NCBI RefSeq assembly: GCF_023055435.1
Contig: NW_025964001.1
Span: 12,710,001 to 12,774,000, forward strand
Direction: 5' to 3'
Source: Haliotis rufescens
Taxonomy: Eukaryota
Length of the DNA stretch: 64,000 nt
How positions within the stretch are numbered: the first letter of the stretch is position 1; each line of letters opens with the position of its first letter. The notes beneath the pieces are model-generated. The model had not been told where the DNA came from and made no database searches. It saw only the letters and a list, made by a program, of their open reading frames with translations. This document shows positions 13,815 through 27,299 of the stretch, one piece after another. The translations under genes were made by a program, and so were the position numbers.

Positions 13815-13990
13815 ATTGTACCCCCGCAACGAAGTTAGGGGGTATAATGGAATCAGCGTGTCAGCCCGTCTGTCGGTCTGTCCGCAGAAAACAACTTTCC
13901 GAACAATTCCTTCCAAATTAATTGACTGATTTCAATTAAACCTTGTACACGTGGCCACTCCAATATGTTGTTGGGCACATTGCAATTGTG
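13815..13990 (+). mobile_element. DINE-1/HINE-like (Helentron-associated) element fragment
   Basis: TGTACCCCCGC..GGGGGTATA hairpin followed by gtctgtcggtctgtccg simple repeat. Confidence 0.5.
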
Positions 13991-15012
13991 TTATTTTTAT
14001 TACTTCGTCATTTCAATTTGTCTGGACAACTTCTAAACTACTACATCGATCTTTCAGACATGTACGTACATGCAGGTGTAGCTACGGACACTGTACGACA
14101 TGCCTTCATTTATTCCCCATAGGACAGTTCTAGTAAGCTTAATTTTTATCCATACATGCAAGATGTCCGAAAGGCTTATGTGACGTATTGTCATCCGTCT
14201 TTGTACGGCGTGCGTCATCCGTCATGCGAAATCTATTCACAATCCAAAACGGTTTATTCATAAAACATGTCGAAGTTCCGTGGTGAGCTCATGTCAGCTC
14301 CCCCAGAAGATCGAATGGTCGGTTCCTAAATGACATGAAATACTCGACAGGCCGTATGCCTTATATTCTTTTCCGCTTTTTTCAATCAACAATGGTCTTA
14401 CTGCAGGATATGCTAAACTGCTATAGAAAATACTAAATATAAACTTTAAGTGCCTATATTTGACTCGGCACGGTACTTGGCCATGGGAAACCTTTGGTTT
14501 TTTTTTAAACAAAACATGATTGCATTGGAATTCCTGTCGTTTGTCTGGTGTATGCTTAACTGTCATATCCGTAATACTGCAACAAAATGTCCATTATTTC
14601 ATGCCTAAAACTCAGTTAATGGACCATTCTAACAACCTACCATCATCTACAAATTAGTCTGATCTGCTTGGGCTGAGTCCTCCTTTCCGTCGTTAAGGTA
14701 TTAGGATAGTAACGAGGTTACTTTGCAGAGTATCGAAAAATAACCTTTGTAAAACAGTAGGTTTGATAAAAAATCGGTTAAAAGAGTTGTGGGTCATAAA
14801 CCCTTTTATGAAGCCTGAATATAACAACCAGGTGGTCATTTGCACAACTAGACAAAGTAACGATCAATTAAATATGCGAAGCTTCATGAAAGTTCGAAAA
14901 GTAATATCTCAGAGCGATAACCCTTAATGTAAAAAAAATATTATCTGTCACTTCAACCCTTAATGTAAACATGTTTACATTAAGAGGTTTTTTTTACATT
15001 AAGGACTGGAAC

Positions 15013-15180
15013 AAGGCTGCAGTGTTGGGAAGACTTCACATTCTCCGAAAGGTTCTTTGTGGGTTCGACTAGGCATCACTTCCTGTGAGAAGTCAAGGGC
15101 CCTTAGCTGATGATTGGCCTAACCAGCCTGACTGTTTGCTGCATTGATTTATTCTAATTTGTAAAATATAATAAAAACAA
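15013..15180 (+). mobile_element. R4-like (RLE) retrotransposon 3' remnant, part of the duplicated unit
   Basis: KAAVLGRLHILRKVL; homologous to 35615-35810 and 44860-45050. Confidence 0.7.
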
Positions 15181-15504
15181 TTTCCATTTTGATAGCACTT
15201 CTTCTACACAATCCCTAGTTCAACCCCAGTAAATGGAACAGTGTGGACTATGTTTGCAATCTCAGGGCCTGATGAAATATACGCATTCGTGGTGTGTAAA
15301 CAGAAAACTATATTCATTATTCTTCACTGGTCTTCATGTCATGCGCATCTTGATTTAAATTGATTTCGAGGAAAATATATAGTCGCCAAGCTCTAAATTA
15401 ACAATATTTCGTTCCTAATGTGACTACGATGGACGTGATGTTATCAATATTCAGGCGCAACAACCACCTAAATCCGTCGAGGTGTGTATATATATATATA
15501 TCAC

Positions 15505-15650
15505 ACAAGCACGTGAACACCCTATATCATAATATTGTTATCCGAAGCACGTGTAAACCTGAATAACTCAAAGTAGTTCATCATGTGACCATTTTATTTG
15601 CATTTTCATCATCTGGAAACCAATGAAACCTCAGTGACTATTAAAAGGGA
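15505..15650 (+). promoter_or_regulatory. Putative promoter of claudin-like gene copy 1
   Basis: CACGTG at 15510 and 15548, TCATGTGAC at 15581, CCAAT at 15620, TATTAAAA at 15639; largely conserved upstream of copies 2 and 3. Confidence 0.45.
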
Positions 15651-15693
15651 TAGCTGAGTCGGATTTAGAATTATTCCCCAGAAAGCATCCGAG

Positions 15694-17687
15694 ATGACAC
15701 ACGCAGGTTGTTGTGGTACGACTTCGGTCTTCGTCAAGGTGTCAGCATTCTTGTTTCTCTTTGCATTTGGCCTTCTTCTTCTGGGGTTCGGGACGCCACT
15801 ATGGAGTTCAAGAGGAGGTCAGAACGAAGGACTCTGGGAGAGGTGCACCGGGAGCGTATGTGTCTCAACTCCATCTGATCCACTAGGAGGTATGTCTAAA
15901 ATGTGGAGTGTTCTAAATGTACGATTTAGATAACCCAAAAGATTAAGTGAAACGAAATATATCTGTCTTCACGTGGACGGATTCTGTTAAATAAACAGCT
16001 CCTCAACACAATAAAAAAAGTAATTAACGTCTTATTATAACCCTTAAAAAACCATCGGGATGCATATTCCAGTCTTATGTGAACAACAAGCAAATGACCC
16101 TTTTTTACAGTATGCTCTATATCAGTGCAGATAGGGAGCATCGATGTTAAATTCTTATTAAGTGAAACGGGGCACGGTTGGCCCAGTCGTCTTAGACGCC
16201 GTGATTCGCTGTGCAGAGTTGCGTCCCTTGGGCACGCCAGAAACCCATGATTGTGGGTTCGAATCCCAGTTCTCCCCGATTATGTTTCTAGGTTTGTCAG
16301 CACCATACCCGTGCTCGTTGGTTTCACCAAAGTGATAAACGTCTCAGATCTGCATCACTTCGGGCTTTCCTTCCACATAAAGCTGACACGCCGTGATGTA
16401 CTTGGAATACTGTTAAAGGCGGCGTTAAATCCAACTCACTCACTATACAGTGAAATGGCGGTTGCTTGAACTTCATGTATGTTTGATACATATAAGGTAC
16501 ACGCCATGTTACAGTACACTATACACTTATCATGCAGATCAACAGCTGTTTTATATATTAGAGAAGGTACGCGCCATGTTAACTAATGTATCACTATGCA
16601 CTGTATCTTACAGGACAAATCTTGCAGATCAAGACTGGTTTACATAGGTCTATTGGGGAAGGGACACACCATGTTACTGTACTTTATTCACTGCTTCTTG
16701 CAGATGAAGACTCGTTTACATAGGTCTATTGGGGAAGGAACACACCATGTTACAGTACTTTATTCACTGCATCTTGCAGATTAAGACTGGTTTACCTATG
16801 TCTATTTGGGGAAGGTCCACACCATATTATTGGATCATTGTTCCCTCTATCTTGCAGATGAAGACTGGTTTATTACCGTGCAAGTGGTTGTGACGATTGG
16901 CTTGATCCTTGGTTTTGTCGGCGTCATACTTTCTTTCATCATCCTGTGTGATGTCGCATGTGTAAACAAAATGGCAATCCGGATTGCAGCGATCATACAC
17001 GCCTTTATACCAGGTAGGAGTAGTTACAGTTCCTGTTTCCAAATGTAAGAATTCAACTGGACCATTCACATCTTTGTACCGGTTTAAAGAGGTTATTGTT
17101 TCCAAATGTAAGAATTCTACTCGGCCATTCACAACTTATTGTCTGGATTCCGGGTAAGCAAAGCTATGCTTGTCGTAAGAGGCGACGACATAGATGCATA
17201 TGTTGTCAATCACTGGATTGTCTGACCAGACTCGATGATTTACAGACAACCGTCATATAGCTGGGATATTGCTGAGTGTCGTTGAACAAAAAACAGTCGA
17301 TCAATAATACCAATCTCTAAATAAGGATATTCAAAACAGAAATAAGTAGAAAGTGTCCGCCCTCGATCAATGGGTACCCTTATGATTACAAACTCAAACA
17401 AATACAAATATAAATATGACAAAGGCCTTCTAAACATAGCATGTGCTGATTCATATATAAATATTTTTAAAGCTGGCTTGCTCTTGTGCGGTTTGTTTGT
17501 CTACTGGAGCAGAGGCGAGATATATTTCGCCGTCTTCTATCTGGGGTTTTCCTGGGGGATCACTCTTATTGCCGCCATCGTCTTCATCGTCGCTGGCATA
17601 CTCCTCTCCATCGACATTGACCGCTTCCCCAACAAGCCTGTAGAATGTGATGAAGCTACAGCAACATGCTGCACATGCCTCGACTAA
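15694..17687 (+). CDS. PMP22/EMP/MP20/claudin-superfamily tetraspan membrane protein, copy 1 (188 aa, 3 exons)
   Basis: join(15694..15889,16858..17013,17473..17687), GT-AG phase-1 introns, 567 nt open. W-x8-GLW-x2-C-x4-C signature in loop 1, four hydrophobic helices, GFSW before TM4. Confidence 0.92.
16168..16445 (+). mobile_element. tRNA-derived SINE (Meta/MESC-like core)
   Basis: A box TGGCCCAGTCGTCT, B box GGTTCGAATCCC, tail GGCGTTAAATCCAACTCACTCAC, flanked by AGTGAAA(C/T)GG. Also present in intron 1 of copies 2 and 3. Confidence 0.88.
16560..16875 (+). repeat. ~76-bp tandem repeat of the intron1/exon2 junction
   Basis: CTTGCAG|AT(C/G/T)AAGACT units with AG ending at 16627, 16703, 16779 and 16857. 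Confidence 0.85.
17030..17135 (+). repeat. 63-bp tandem repeat in intron 2
   Basis: gtttccaaatgtaagaattc... x2 here, x3 in copy 2 (37776-37935), x2 in copy 3. Confidence 0.85.
17140..17292 (+). mobile_element. SINE fragment
   Basis: atgcttgtcgtaagaggcgac...cactggattgtctgaccagactcgat...gctgggatattgctgagtgtcgttgaacaa. Confidence 0.75.
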
Positions 17688-17951
17688 ATAGTGTCAAGGT
17701 CGCGATGTGTTTCAATATGTCAAAGGAATGAAGGCATGTCATAATGTATCATGCATAATGTATACTATCCGTCAATAAAGCAAATTTTGTATATACCTTG
17801 GTTTTTTTATCATTACGATATACGAAATTAGTTAGGTTGAGATCCAACCATAGTGAACATCATTCAAACAGTCAGTCACAGATAGCCGTTTTTCTTTACG
17901 CTTCAAGCAACTTGTAGCCATTGAAAGACGTAAACCCTTGCGGGAATAATA

Positions 17952-19274
17952 TACTGAACACCAAAAGTTCCTGTGACATTGAATAAGATGTAATGCAAAG
18001 TTATGTTTTTTACCAAATCTGAAACAATTTCGGTTTGCAACAGATAAAAGACTCCTGTAAGTGTTCAAATTGTTTAATTTGCCATACTGACTTCAGAAAA
18101 TGCGTGATTTCATCAAAAAGATGAACATGCCAAAATGTCAATTTACAAATCAATAGCTATGTAACTATGGACCAGGCGTCGCACAAAGTCCAGTGGGATA
18201 TCTGTCCATATCTGCTTGAGCATGTTTCGAAGTTCCTGGAGTGTCTGTGGAACACGTGGTTGACGTCGAAGGCGCCGATCCATCTCATCCCAAAGGTGCT
18301 CGATTGGTGAGAGATCAGGGGGGCGAGCCGGCCAGGGGACGAAATTCACGTTGTTTTGTTGAAGAGAATCCTGAACAAGTCGAGCAATATGAGGCCGGGC
18401 GTTGTCATGTTGAAAGGTAATCCCTGAGCCATGACGAGGCAAAAACGGTAGAAACAGGGCCGATGATCTCGTCGCGGTAGCGCTGTCCATTGAGATTTCC
18501 CTCTACCACTATCAAACGGGTCCTCTGTCTTGCCTTGTCCTTGTCCTTGTCCTTGTAATCCCACCCCATACAATAACGCAGCCGCCCCCGAACCGATCTT
18601 ATTCCATGACACAATGATTGACGTAACGTTCACCTCGACGTGGGTACACTCGAATCCGTCCATCGCTGTGGCTGAGGTAAAACGAGACTCGTCAGTGAAT
18701 AGAACTTGTCCACACTGCATGGCCGTCCAGCGTAGAAGCTCTCTGTCAAAATGGAATGTCTGGCGGGTCTTCTGGCGACAATCCCTGCACATCTGAGGCG
18801 ACGACGTACGGTTTGTGAAGATATTCGTCGAAGGCCAGGGATGCTTCTTGTAGTCACGATTTCGTAGGTATGTTGTTCGAATCAAGTTGTCTTGTCGATT
18901 ATTGGTTACGCGTGGCCTGCCACTCCGACGATGGTCTCTGACTGCATTCGTCTGTTGCCAGTGTTGCCATAAACACCAAATGGTGTTTCTGTGGACGTTA
19001 AATTGTCTTGCAACATGACGTTGACTCGATCCTGCTTCAAGCATACCAATGGCTCGCAGACGCTCATTTTCGGACAGGCGTGGCATTTCGTAATGTTGAA
19101 TAATTGCGTAATTTTGTTGTTGAGTGGTTGTCGTCAGCACGATGCTTAACAATGCATATGGAATCCCGTTAACGCACATGTTTTTATACCCATTCTTTGG
19201 TAGTGAAATGCATAAAAGTCAACTTTTGCATCGAATGTCACGCTTTTCTGTAGCGGATGCGTTTTTGTGATTTG
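17952..19274 (-). mobile_element. Tc1 copy 2 (5' TIR lost, internal deletions)
   Basis: TA|TACTGAACACCAAAAGTTCCTGTGACA end; ORFs 18143-19179 match the copy-1 transposase. Confidence 0.93.
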
Positions 19275-19559
19275 TACAACTGCTGGGGTTCATGACGGTA
19301 AGCAATTTATTATTAACGGATTTTAAATTTTGGGAGAATCTTTCTCGAAATCAGTCATGTGTCTCGCTTCATTCGGATTAACAGGGGGTCGTCTATAAAG
19401 CCAAGGCAAAATAATTCAGGGTTCGCCATATTAGATGATTTAGCATATAGCCTAAATGAGCGTAAACATTGACATATATGACAGTTAATTTTCATTATTT
19501 TTCATTGCAATATCCATATACATATACACAGTCACATTATTCAGACATGTTCCTTTAGA

Positions 19560-20468
19560 CATTCAGATTTTAAGCAGGTAGGAAGCTTGGTAGCCAGGAA
19601 CCAGGAAGCCACAAAGCCAGGAAGTTGTCTCAAAGGAATAAGTGTCAACACGGAAAAAATCTCTAGATCTCAGGATTGGCACTGTAGTAAAACGGGAGTC
19701 TGCACAGTTGCTTTCTATTCCATACACATTTGGGTGAACTGGCAGAAACAACCTAATTTCTAATTGGCATCTGGGAAGACTTCCTTGTGCGCTAATCTGG
19801 AATAACAGGTAGTCCAGTGAGGGGTTTCTGTCTAGCTCGGCAGGGGAAGTCTTTCTGGGCATGGACAGTGGCCATGGCAGCAACTAGCTAGGTATCTAGT
19901 CCCCACAATCGCCCAAAATGTTTTGGTAAGACACTTCTAGATCGTCAATTCAGCTTGTTTCAACAATTGAACTTCGTGATCAACACCTTCTGACAGTAGG
20001 AATATAATGTGAAAGTGAAAGTGCATGTAGATTTACACCCATCTGAACTCCATTCATCAATGAATCAGTTCGTGTCTCGGATCCAGAAGAAGAAAGATAT
20101 ATTGCTGGTCCCAGCAAATGTACCACCAAATGGTATCTAAAAACTTAACCACAATCCTTAATGCAATCAAGGAAGGACTTTTTTTACATCTAAAGAAAGT
20201 ATTTGAGACACGGATTTTAAAAACCTCAAAGGATTTGTTTTTTGTTATCTCAGAAACCTACGAAGTTCTATTATGTCAAAACACTTGACTTTTCAACTGT
20301 GTTCACCACACGACAAACACTTCATAAGGGAGAACTTCGTTCCTTGGTCACTAGGGCAGTTGTCACTGAACGAGGTGACCACAGACATAGTTAATCTCTG
20401 GTTCAAAGGTTCTTGAAAATTTGCAAAATTGAAAGCCAATGTCGTCTGAAGTATATGAGAAAACAATA
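19560..20468 (+). mobile_element. Penelope-like RT remnant (left duplicate)
   Basis: RYIAGPSKCTTK, AIKEGL, ILK-SKDL, KTLDFSTVFTT-like motifs. Confidence 0.65.
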
Positions 20469-22439
20469 GATAGATAGATAGATTGTCTTTATTTCCTCAG
20501 GTACTGAAGATACATTTTATAAGATACATTGTAGATACATGAATTAGATTATAACTAAACAAAGTAGTTACGTGTCATAGTGGAGGGGGTATGAACAAGT
20601 GTTACCACTTGTTAACGTAATGAGAGACTATTAACATAGTTTCGCCCCATATCTCAAGCTCAAGGTCTTTCATGCATTCAGTTAGTCCGCCTAAGAGGAA
20701 AGACATGATAACATCATCATCATTTGACCAAAGGTCAACAAAGGAATTCGCATCTGTGATATCAAAGATATTTTCGAACATTTCATTTCTTTCTTGCATA
20801 TTAATAGTACATGACATAAAAATGTGTTTGACTATGTCATGGACTACAGTTCCGCAATGGCATTCTCGCGATTCTATCCTAGAGCATCCTATTTTGACCA
20901 TGTTAGACAGAACATAAAACAGCTGCAATTGGGTTCAACCCACCGAAATACAAACCATTGTTATGGTTGACAATAATAAGTCTTTTCAGCTTTTCACATG
21001 CAATAGGCGAGCGTTCGAGTGTTGAGATACTGCCACTAAGGCAAGCCCCAGCATACATTACAAAATTTGTGTGTAGCAATTCTATGTTTCCACGGGAAAC
21101 ATGAGGGTCGGATACATTATATTTACAGTGCGGAAATACTATGACTGCACTTTTATTCACATTATAAACCAGACGCCATCTACACGCATAATTGTGAGCA
21201 ATATCTAGCAGGTTTTGCAGTGCTGATGGAGAGCTAATGACAATGGTTGTATCGTCTGCTAGCAGTTGACCCTGATAGTGACCCCAAGGTAGGCGGAGGC
21301 CGTAGCCAGAGCAATCAAGCTTGCAAATGAGATCATTGATATATAATGTGAAAAGCCAGGGAGATAATACACGTCCTTGACCAACACCTTGATAGATAGA
21401 AAATACATCTGAGCTGTAGCCTGCATATGTAACATATGATTGCATGGACGAGTAGGCATTACGCAAGAGACGCCATGTTTTACCAGTTATACCCATGTCA
21501 TGTAGCTTAAGGAATAAGCCATCAAGCCATTTCTTTCCGTATAGTATGCAATGTTTTCGAAGAGGCTGAAGTAGGCTGGTATATATTCATATTTGATTAT
21601 AGCATTGAACAGTGTAGTTAAATTGCCAAATAATGATCTACCTGCACGTTTAAGGTGTTTATTAGTTAGGCAGTCTGGACCAGGGAATTTTCCCATTTCA
21701 ATGACTTGACAGTACACCAAACCTCTTGGGAGGTAAAAGGATCGGATATCGGTGAATCAAGCTTTTCCACATCAGGATATTTATCGATCTTTTCAAATTA
21801 CATCAGAAGCAAAAGAGTTATCAAAACAAACAGACATTACAGGTGTAGCCCTAATCAGCAAAATACATGCCAAACGCTGAGCATATGTCCTCTGGCGTCG
21901 TTGAAGAAATCCCATTAACAGTTAATTTTGACATTTGTCCATTCTGTCTCGATAAGCGTTTAGTCACTTTCACATTTTCGTTAATGTCGACTTCAGCAGC
22001 TTTCGATATTTCACAGAGTTTATCGTCAAGACTGCGTTGTTTTGATCTGCGATGGCGTTTTCGAAATTCATGTTTAGCGTCTTTGTACTTTCTATAGTGT
22101 TCATCGTCGGCATTGCCTAAAAGTCGGGCCGGGCCTGACCAAGACGGGCCAAAGTGTTATTGGCTAATTACTTCATTATTGGCCACCATACCTACATATA
22201 ATTGATGCAACATACACACATGACATTAATGAACAATCACCAAACAAAAAAGTGCACAATAATTAAGTAATTCGGAGTAAATCACTTGAAAACCAGAAAG
22301 TGGAGCTGTGTGTAAGCGTCGCTGATCGAGGTAACATGTAAAAGAGCAATCGTTAAACGAAATAAGATTTTAAACGTATCAAATACTTCTAGCTGTCGTG
22401 ATACAAATTTCCATCTGTCGGCATAGCGTTTCTATTTAT

Positions 22440-23612
22440 AGGAACGTACTATATCTAAGTAAATACCACTTTATAATGTCACTGTTCATCGTATTTAAAG
22501 CAGACACGTTGGTTAAAGCAGACCTCTTCTCCCTATACTCTCAACAGTCACATGGCCCGGGCTGTCAAACCAACTTTAAACTCACATATGTATCTTCAAA
22601 TGGATTCACATCTATAAACTAGTATAATATCTACCTAAATACCACTTTATAGTGTCTCAGATCGCGGTATTTAAAGAAAACAAGGGGCTCAAAGTGAAGC
22701 CCTTTTCCCTCTACATTCTCAACATAGTCTCTATCAGAAGTGTTTGGCTTGTGTTGGGTTCGACTTGGCCCGGGCGGTCAAAATCTACTTTAAACACACA
22801 GATGTATCTTCAAATGTGTTTACATCTATAGATTAGTATTAAATCTACCTATATACCACTTTATAGTGTCTCAGATGGCTGTACTTAAAGAAAACAAGGG
22901 GCTCAAAGTGAAACATTTTTACTGTATTTTCTTAAGAAAATCTCTGTCTGCAGTGTTCGGTCCGACTTGGCCCGGGCGGTCAAAATCAACTTAAACCTCA
23001 CAGATATATCTTCAAATGTGTTTACATCTATCAACTAGTATAATATCTACCTAAATACCACTTTATAGTGTCTCAGATGGCTGTACTTAAAGAAAACAAG
23101 GGGCTCAAAGTGAAATATTTTTACTGTATTTTCTTAAGAAAATCTCTGTCTGAAGTGTTTGGCTTGTGTTGGGTCCGACTTGGCCCGGGCGGTCAAAATC
23201 TACTTTAAACGCACAGATGTATCTTAAAATGTGTTTACATCTATAGATTAGTATTAAATCTACCTATATACCACTTTATAGTGTCTCAGATGGCTGTACT
23301 TAAAGAAAACAAGGGGCTCAAAGTGAAACATTTTTACTGTATTTTCTTAAGAAAATCTCTGTCTGAAGTGTTCGGTCCGACTAGGCCCGGGCTGTCAAAA
23401 TCAACTTAAACCTCACAGATGTATCTTCAAATGTGTTTACATCTATAGACTATTGTTATATCTACCTAAATACCATTTTATAGTGTCTCAGATGGCGGTA
23501 TATGAAGAAAACAAGGTGCTCAAAGTGAAGCCCTTTTCCCTCTACATTCTCAACATAGTCTCTATCAGAAGTGTTTGGCTTGTGCTGGGTCCGACTAGGC
23601 CTGGGCTGTCAT
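22440..23612 (+). repeat. ~203-213-bp satellite array
   Basis: Recurrent ataccactttatagtgtctcagat / aagaaaacaaggggctcaaagtgaa / gacttggcccgggc, 5-6 units. Confidence 0.93.
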
Positions 23613-24307
23613 CAAACGTATTTACATGTATACAAAGTGAAGCACCTTTTCGCATACTCTGAACATCCACTCTCAAAGTAGTGGTTGTTTCGCCTTAGCC
23701 AAAATTCACCATAACCTTATAGATATAAACGTTGTATTTGTCATTTTAACTGTAACCTTTTGATCGAAATCCTATTCTTTTGTAAAAGAAACTAACTTAC
23801 ACGTTTAGAGGCCTCCCAATCTTAAATGCTTGGTAGAAAACGAATGACAAGGTAGACACAATTGTATGGATAACTTTATCTGTCTGCCTTGTCATCCGTC
23901 AACTTCTAAGTAATGCCTCTCAAACAAAGAGAAAACGAATGCGTTGATGTACAAATGTTTCAACTGTTAGATGAATAGTAGACGTCACACATCGTTCGAT
24001 CAGTGTAGTGGTCAGTTTACTGACCAGGTGTATTGACATTTGTCATCAGTAGGTTGTCAGTTACTGACCAGACCAGACCACACCACGTGTGTTTGTGTCT
24101 ACGTAAACATACTAATGGTGTTTTAAGATCACAGACCCCCCTCGTATGAAATTAGTCCTTTTTAATTGAAAGAAACGCGGGAAAGGATTTTTCCAAATAA
24201 TTGGATACTGACAGGTTGCGTAGACGGGGACGAAACATACAAGTTATTGGCTTCTAATTGTGTCACTATTAGTACGATGTATTTACTACAGGCCATTCCA
24301 CTTAAGA

Positions 24308-26035
24308 TTTAATACTAATCTATAGATGTAAACACATTTGAAGATAGATCTGTGTGTTTTAAGTAGATATTGACCGCCCGGGCCAAGTCGGACCCAACAC
24401 AAGCCAAACACTTCTGATAGAGACTATGTTGAGAATGTAGAGGGAAAAGGGCTTCACTTTGAGCCCCTTGTTTTCTTTACATACTGCGATCTGTGACATT
24501 ATAAAGTGGTGTATAGGTAGATATAACACTAATCTATAGATGTAAACACATTTGATGATACATCTGTGTGTTTAAAGTAGATTTTGACCGCCCGGGCAAA
24601 GTCCGTCCCAACACAAGCCAAACACTTCTGATAGAGACTATGTTGAGAATGTAGAGGGAAAAGGGCTTCACTTTGAGCCCCTTGTTTTCTTTAAATTCGA
24701 TGTACCGTGACATTATAAAGTGGTATATAGGTAGATTTAATACTAATCTATAGATGTAAACACATTTGAAGATAGATTTGTGTGTTTATAGAAGATTTTG
24801 ACAGCCCGGACCAAATCGGACCTAACACAAGCCAAAGACTTCTGATAGAGACTATGTCTAGGATGTAGAGGGAAAAGGGCTTAACTTTGAGCCCCTTGTT
24901 TTCTTTAAAGACGATGTACTGAGACATTATAAAGTGGTATATAGGTAAATATAACACTGATCTATAGATGTAAACACATTTGATGATACTTCTATGTGTT
25001 TAAAGTTGATTTTGACAGCCCGGGCCAAGTCGGACCCAACACAAGCCAAACACTTTTTATAGAGACTATGTTGAGAATCTAGAGGGGAAAGGGCTTCACT
25101 TTGAGCACCTTGTTGTCTTTAAATACAGCAGCTGAGACACTATAAAGTTGTATATAGGTAGATATAATGCTAATCTATAGATGTAAACACATTTGATGAT
25201 ACATCTGTGTGTTTAAAGTAGATTTTGACCGCCCGGGCAAAGTCCGTCCCAACACAAGCCAAACACTTCTGATAGAGACTATGTTGAGAATGTAGAGGGA
25301 AAAGGGCTTCACTTTGAGCCCCTTGTTTTCTTTAAATTCGATGTACCGTGACATTATAAAGTGGTATATAGGTAGATTTAATACTAATCTATAGATGTAA
25401 ACACATTTGAAGATAGATTTGTGTGTTTATAGAAGATTTTGACAGCCCGGACCAAATCGGACCTAACACAAGCCAAAGACTTCTGATAGAGACTATGTCT
25501 AGGATGTAGAGGGAAAAGGGCTTAACTTTGAGCCCCTTGTTTTCTTTAAAGACGATGTACTGAGACATTATAAAGTGGTATATAGGTAAATATAACACTG
25601 ATCTATAGATGTAAACACATTTGATGATACTTCTATGTGTTTAAAGTTGATTTTGACAGCCCGGGCCAAGTCGGACCCAACACAAGCCAAACACTTTTTA
25701 TAGAGACTATGTTGAGAATCTAGAGGGGAAAGGGCTTCACTTTGAGCACCTTGTTGTCTTTAAATACAGCAGCTGAGACACTATAAAGTTGTATATAGGT
25801 AGATATAATGCTAATCTATAGATTTAAAGACATTTGATGATACATTTGTGTGTTTAAAGTGCATTTTGACAGGCCGGGCCAAGTCGGACCCAACACAAGC
25901 CAAACACTTCTGATAGAGACTATGTTGAGAATGTAGAGTGAAAAAGGCTTCACTTTGAGCTCTGTGTTTTCTTTAACTACTGAAATATGAGACAATAAAG
26001 TGGTATTTAATTAGATATAATACTAGTCTTTAGAT
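24308..26035 (-). repeat. ~213-bp satellite array, inverted relative to 22440-23612 (~8 units)
   Basis: Reverse complement of the same unit; includes a 641-bp three-unit duplication (identical ORFs at 24748 and 25389). Confidence 0.93.
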
Positions 26036-27299
26036 ATAAAGAATGTTAGGAACTTTAGAAGTGCTTGGACAGTTATTAACACGTGTCGTGTCAGTCCTTT
26101 GACATTCGCGAATATCCACTTCCAGAAAACATCCTGTGTTGGTTAAACAAGAATTAGTAAAGGTTAATTAGGGATGCCCAACACATTAATTAATGAAAGA
26201 AGAGTAGTCAAAACACTGTCGTTTTCTGCCCAGGACATCACACCCCTACACGCTAAGGTCGGTGAGAAGCATTCTAATCAAAGAATACACACAGTCAAGA
26301 CACTGACTTTTCTACGAGACTCACAGTATGTAGGCATAATCATCAGTTTATTACATTGTTGAAGGTGCATTTTTATTCAAACACAATTAAATGAGCAAAA
26401 CTATACGTTTGTGGACATTTGAGATCTGCCTAGATATGGGCGTTTCGTTTTATTATTCTGCAATCCATTTTTAGTATTACCCGTTGGCCCGACCCGGCCC
26501 GACTTTTCTTGGCCCGACTTTTAGGCAATCCCTTCATCGTCTGTATTATGAGATTTTCCCGAGTCACGCCAGAGTCCGCGACATCCTCTCATTTCATTAT
26601 GGAGAGGTTTCAAGCCACCTCTTTTCCAATATGGTTTCAGGTACGAGCGATATCTGGAGCATGGTATACTGTTGTTTGATGAATCTCTGAGTGCCTGTAC
26701 GATAAAGTCGTTGTAGGAGTTGATATATTCTGCAGGAGTTAAGTAGCATGACAAATCAACGCACGTCTCTCGGAGATGGTTCTCAGTCTCATACCGGTAG
26801 AGCATCAAGTCAACTTCACTTGCTTTTTTCCGGTCAATCTTGTCACCACCATAGTGTTTACTGGAACTGATGACATTAAGATCCACAATTATAGGCAAGT
26901 GATCAGACACACTAGTGTCAATCATATGTCCAGTTACACAAGGGAGGTATTCTTTATGTACAAAAAACATAGTCAATGAGAGTTCTCGAAGATTTGTTCT
27001 TTGTTGAAAATGTATATTGAGACTGATTATCCAGAGGAATAATAGAAATGAAATTTCTTTCAGTGAGTGCTCTCTGTATATATGACGCACGTTTTCTTGT
27101 GGGTTGAAGATATTTGCGCAGATCTAAATTAAAATCCCCCAGGAGAATAGTGTCACCTTCGTGTGAATATTGATCATACATCGCCATGGTAAAGTCAAGA
27201 GCGTCTATATTTACACTATCCAAAACATTGGAAGATGGCAGATGTGTTCCAATGACATAGATCAGTTCTTCATTCGTTCTTCATTTTAGACCTAATATA

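Larger units (their letters stand above)
17813..20468 (+). repeat. Left copy of long direct duplication (partner 30494-32698)
   Basis: Both copies start TTACGATATACGAA and end GTATATGAGAAAACAATA; both contain claudin 3' flank + Tc1 + Penelope-like fragment. Confidence 0.92.
22109..26532. mobile_element. Non-autonomous MULE/Foldback-like DNA transposon with 9-bp TSD
   Basis: TSD TTCATCGTC at 22100-22108 and 26533-26541; TIRs GG(C/G)ATTGCCTAAAA(A)GTCGGGCC; no transposase ORF. Confidence 0.88.

Noticed and set aside
14915-15012. Palindromic AACCCTTAATGTAAA repeats
   Set aside because: Probably one end of a MITE; no partner TIR or TSD found, so not called.
10947-19274. Composite transposon: claudin-like copy 1 between inverted Tc1 copies
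   Set aside because: Tc1 copy 1 has both TIRs and TA TSDs inside a CR1 remnant, so it is a simple insertion; copy 2 lacks its outer TIR.
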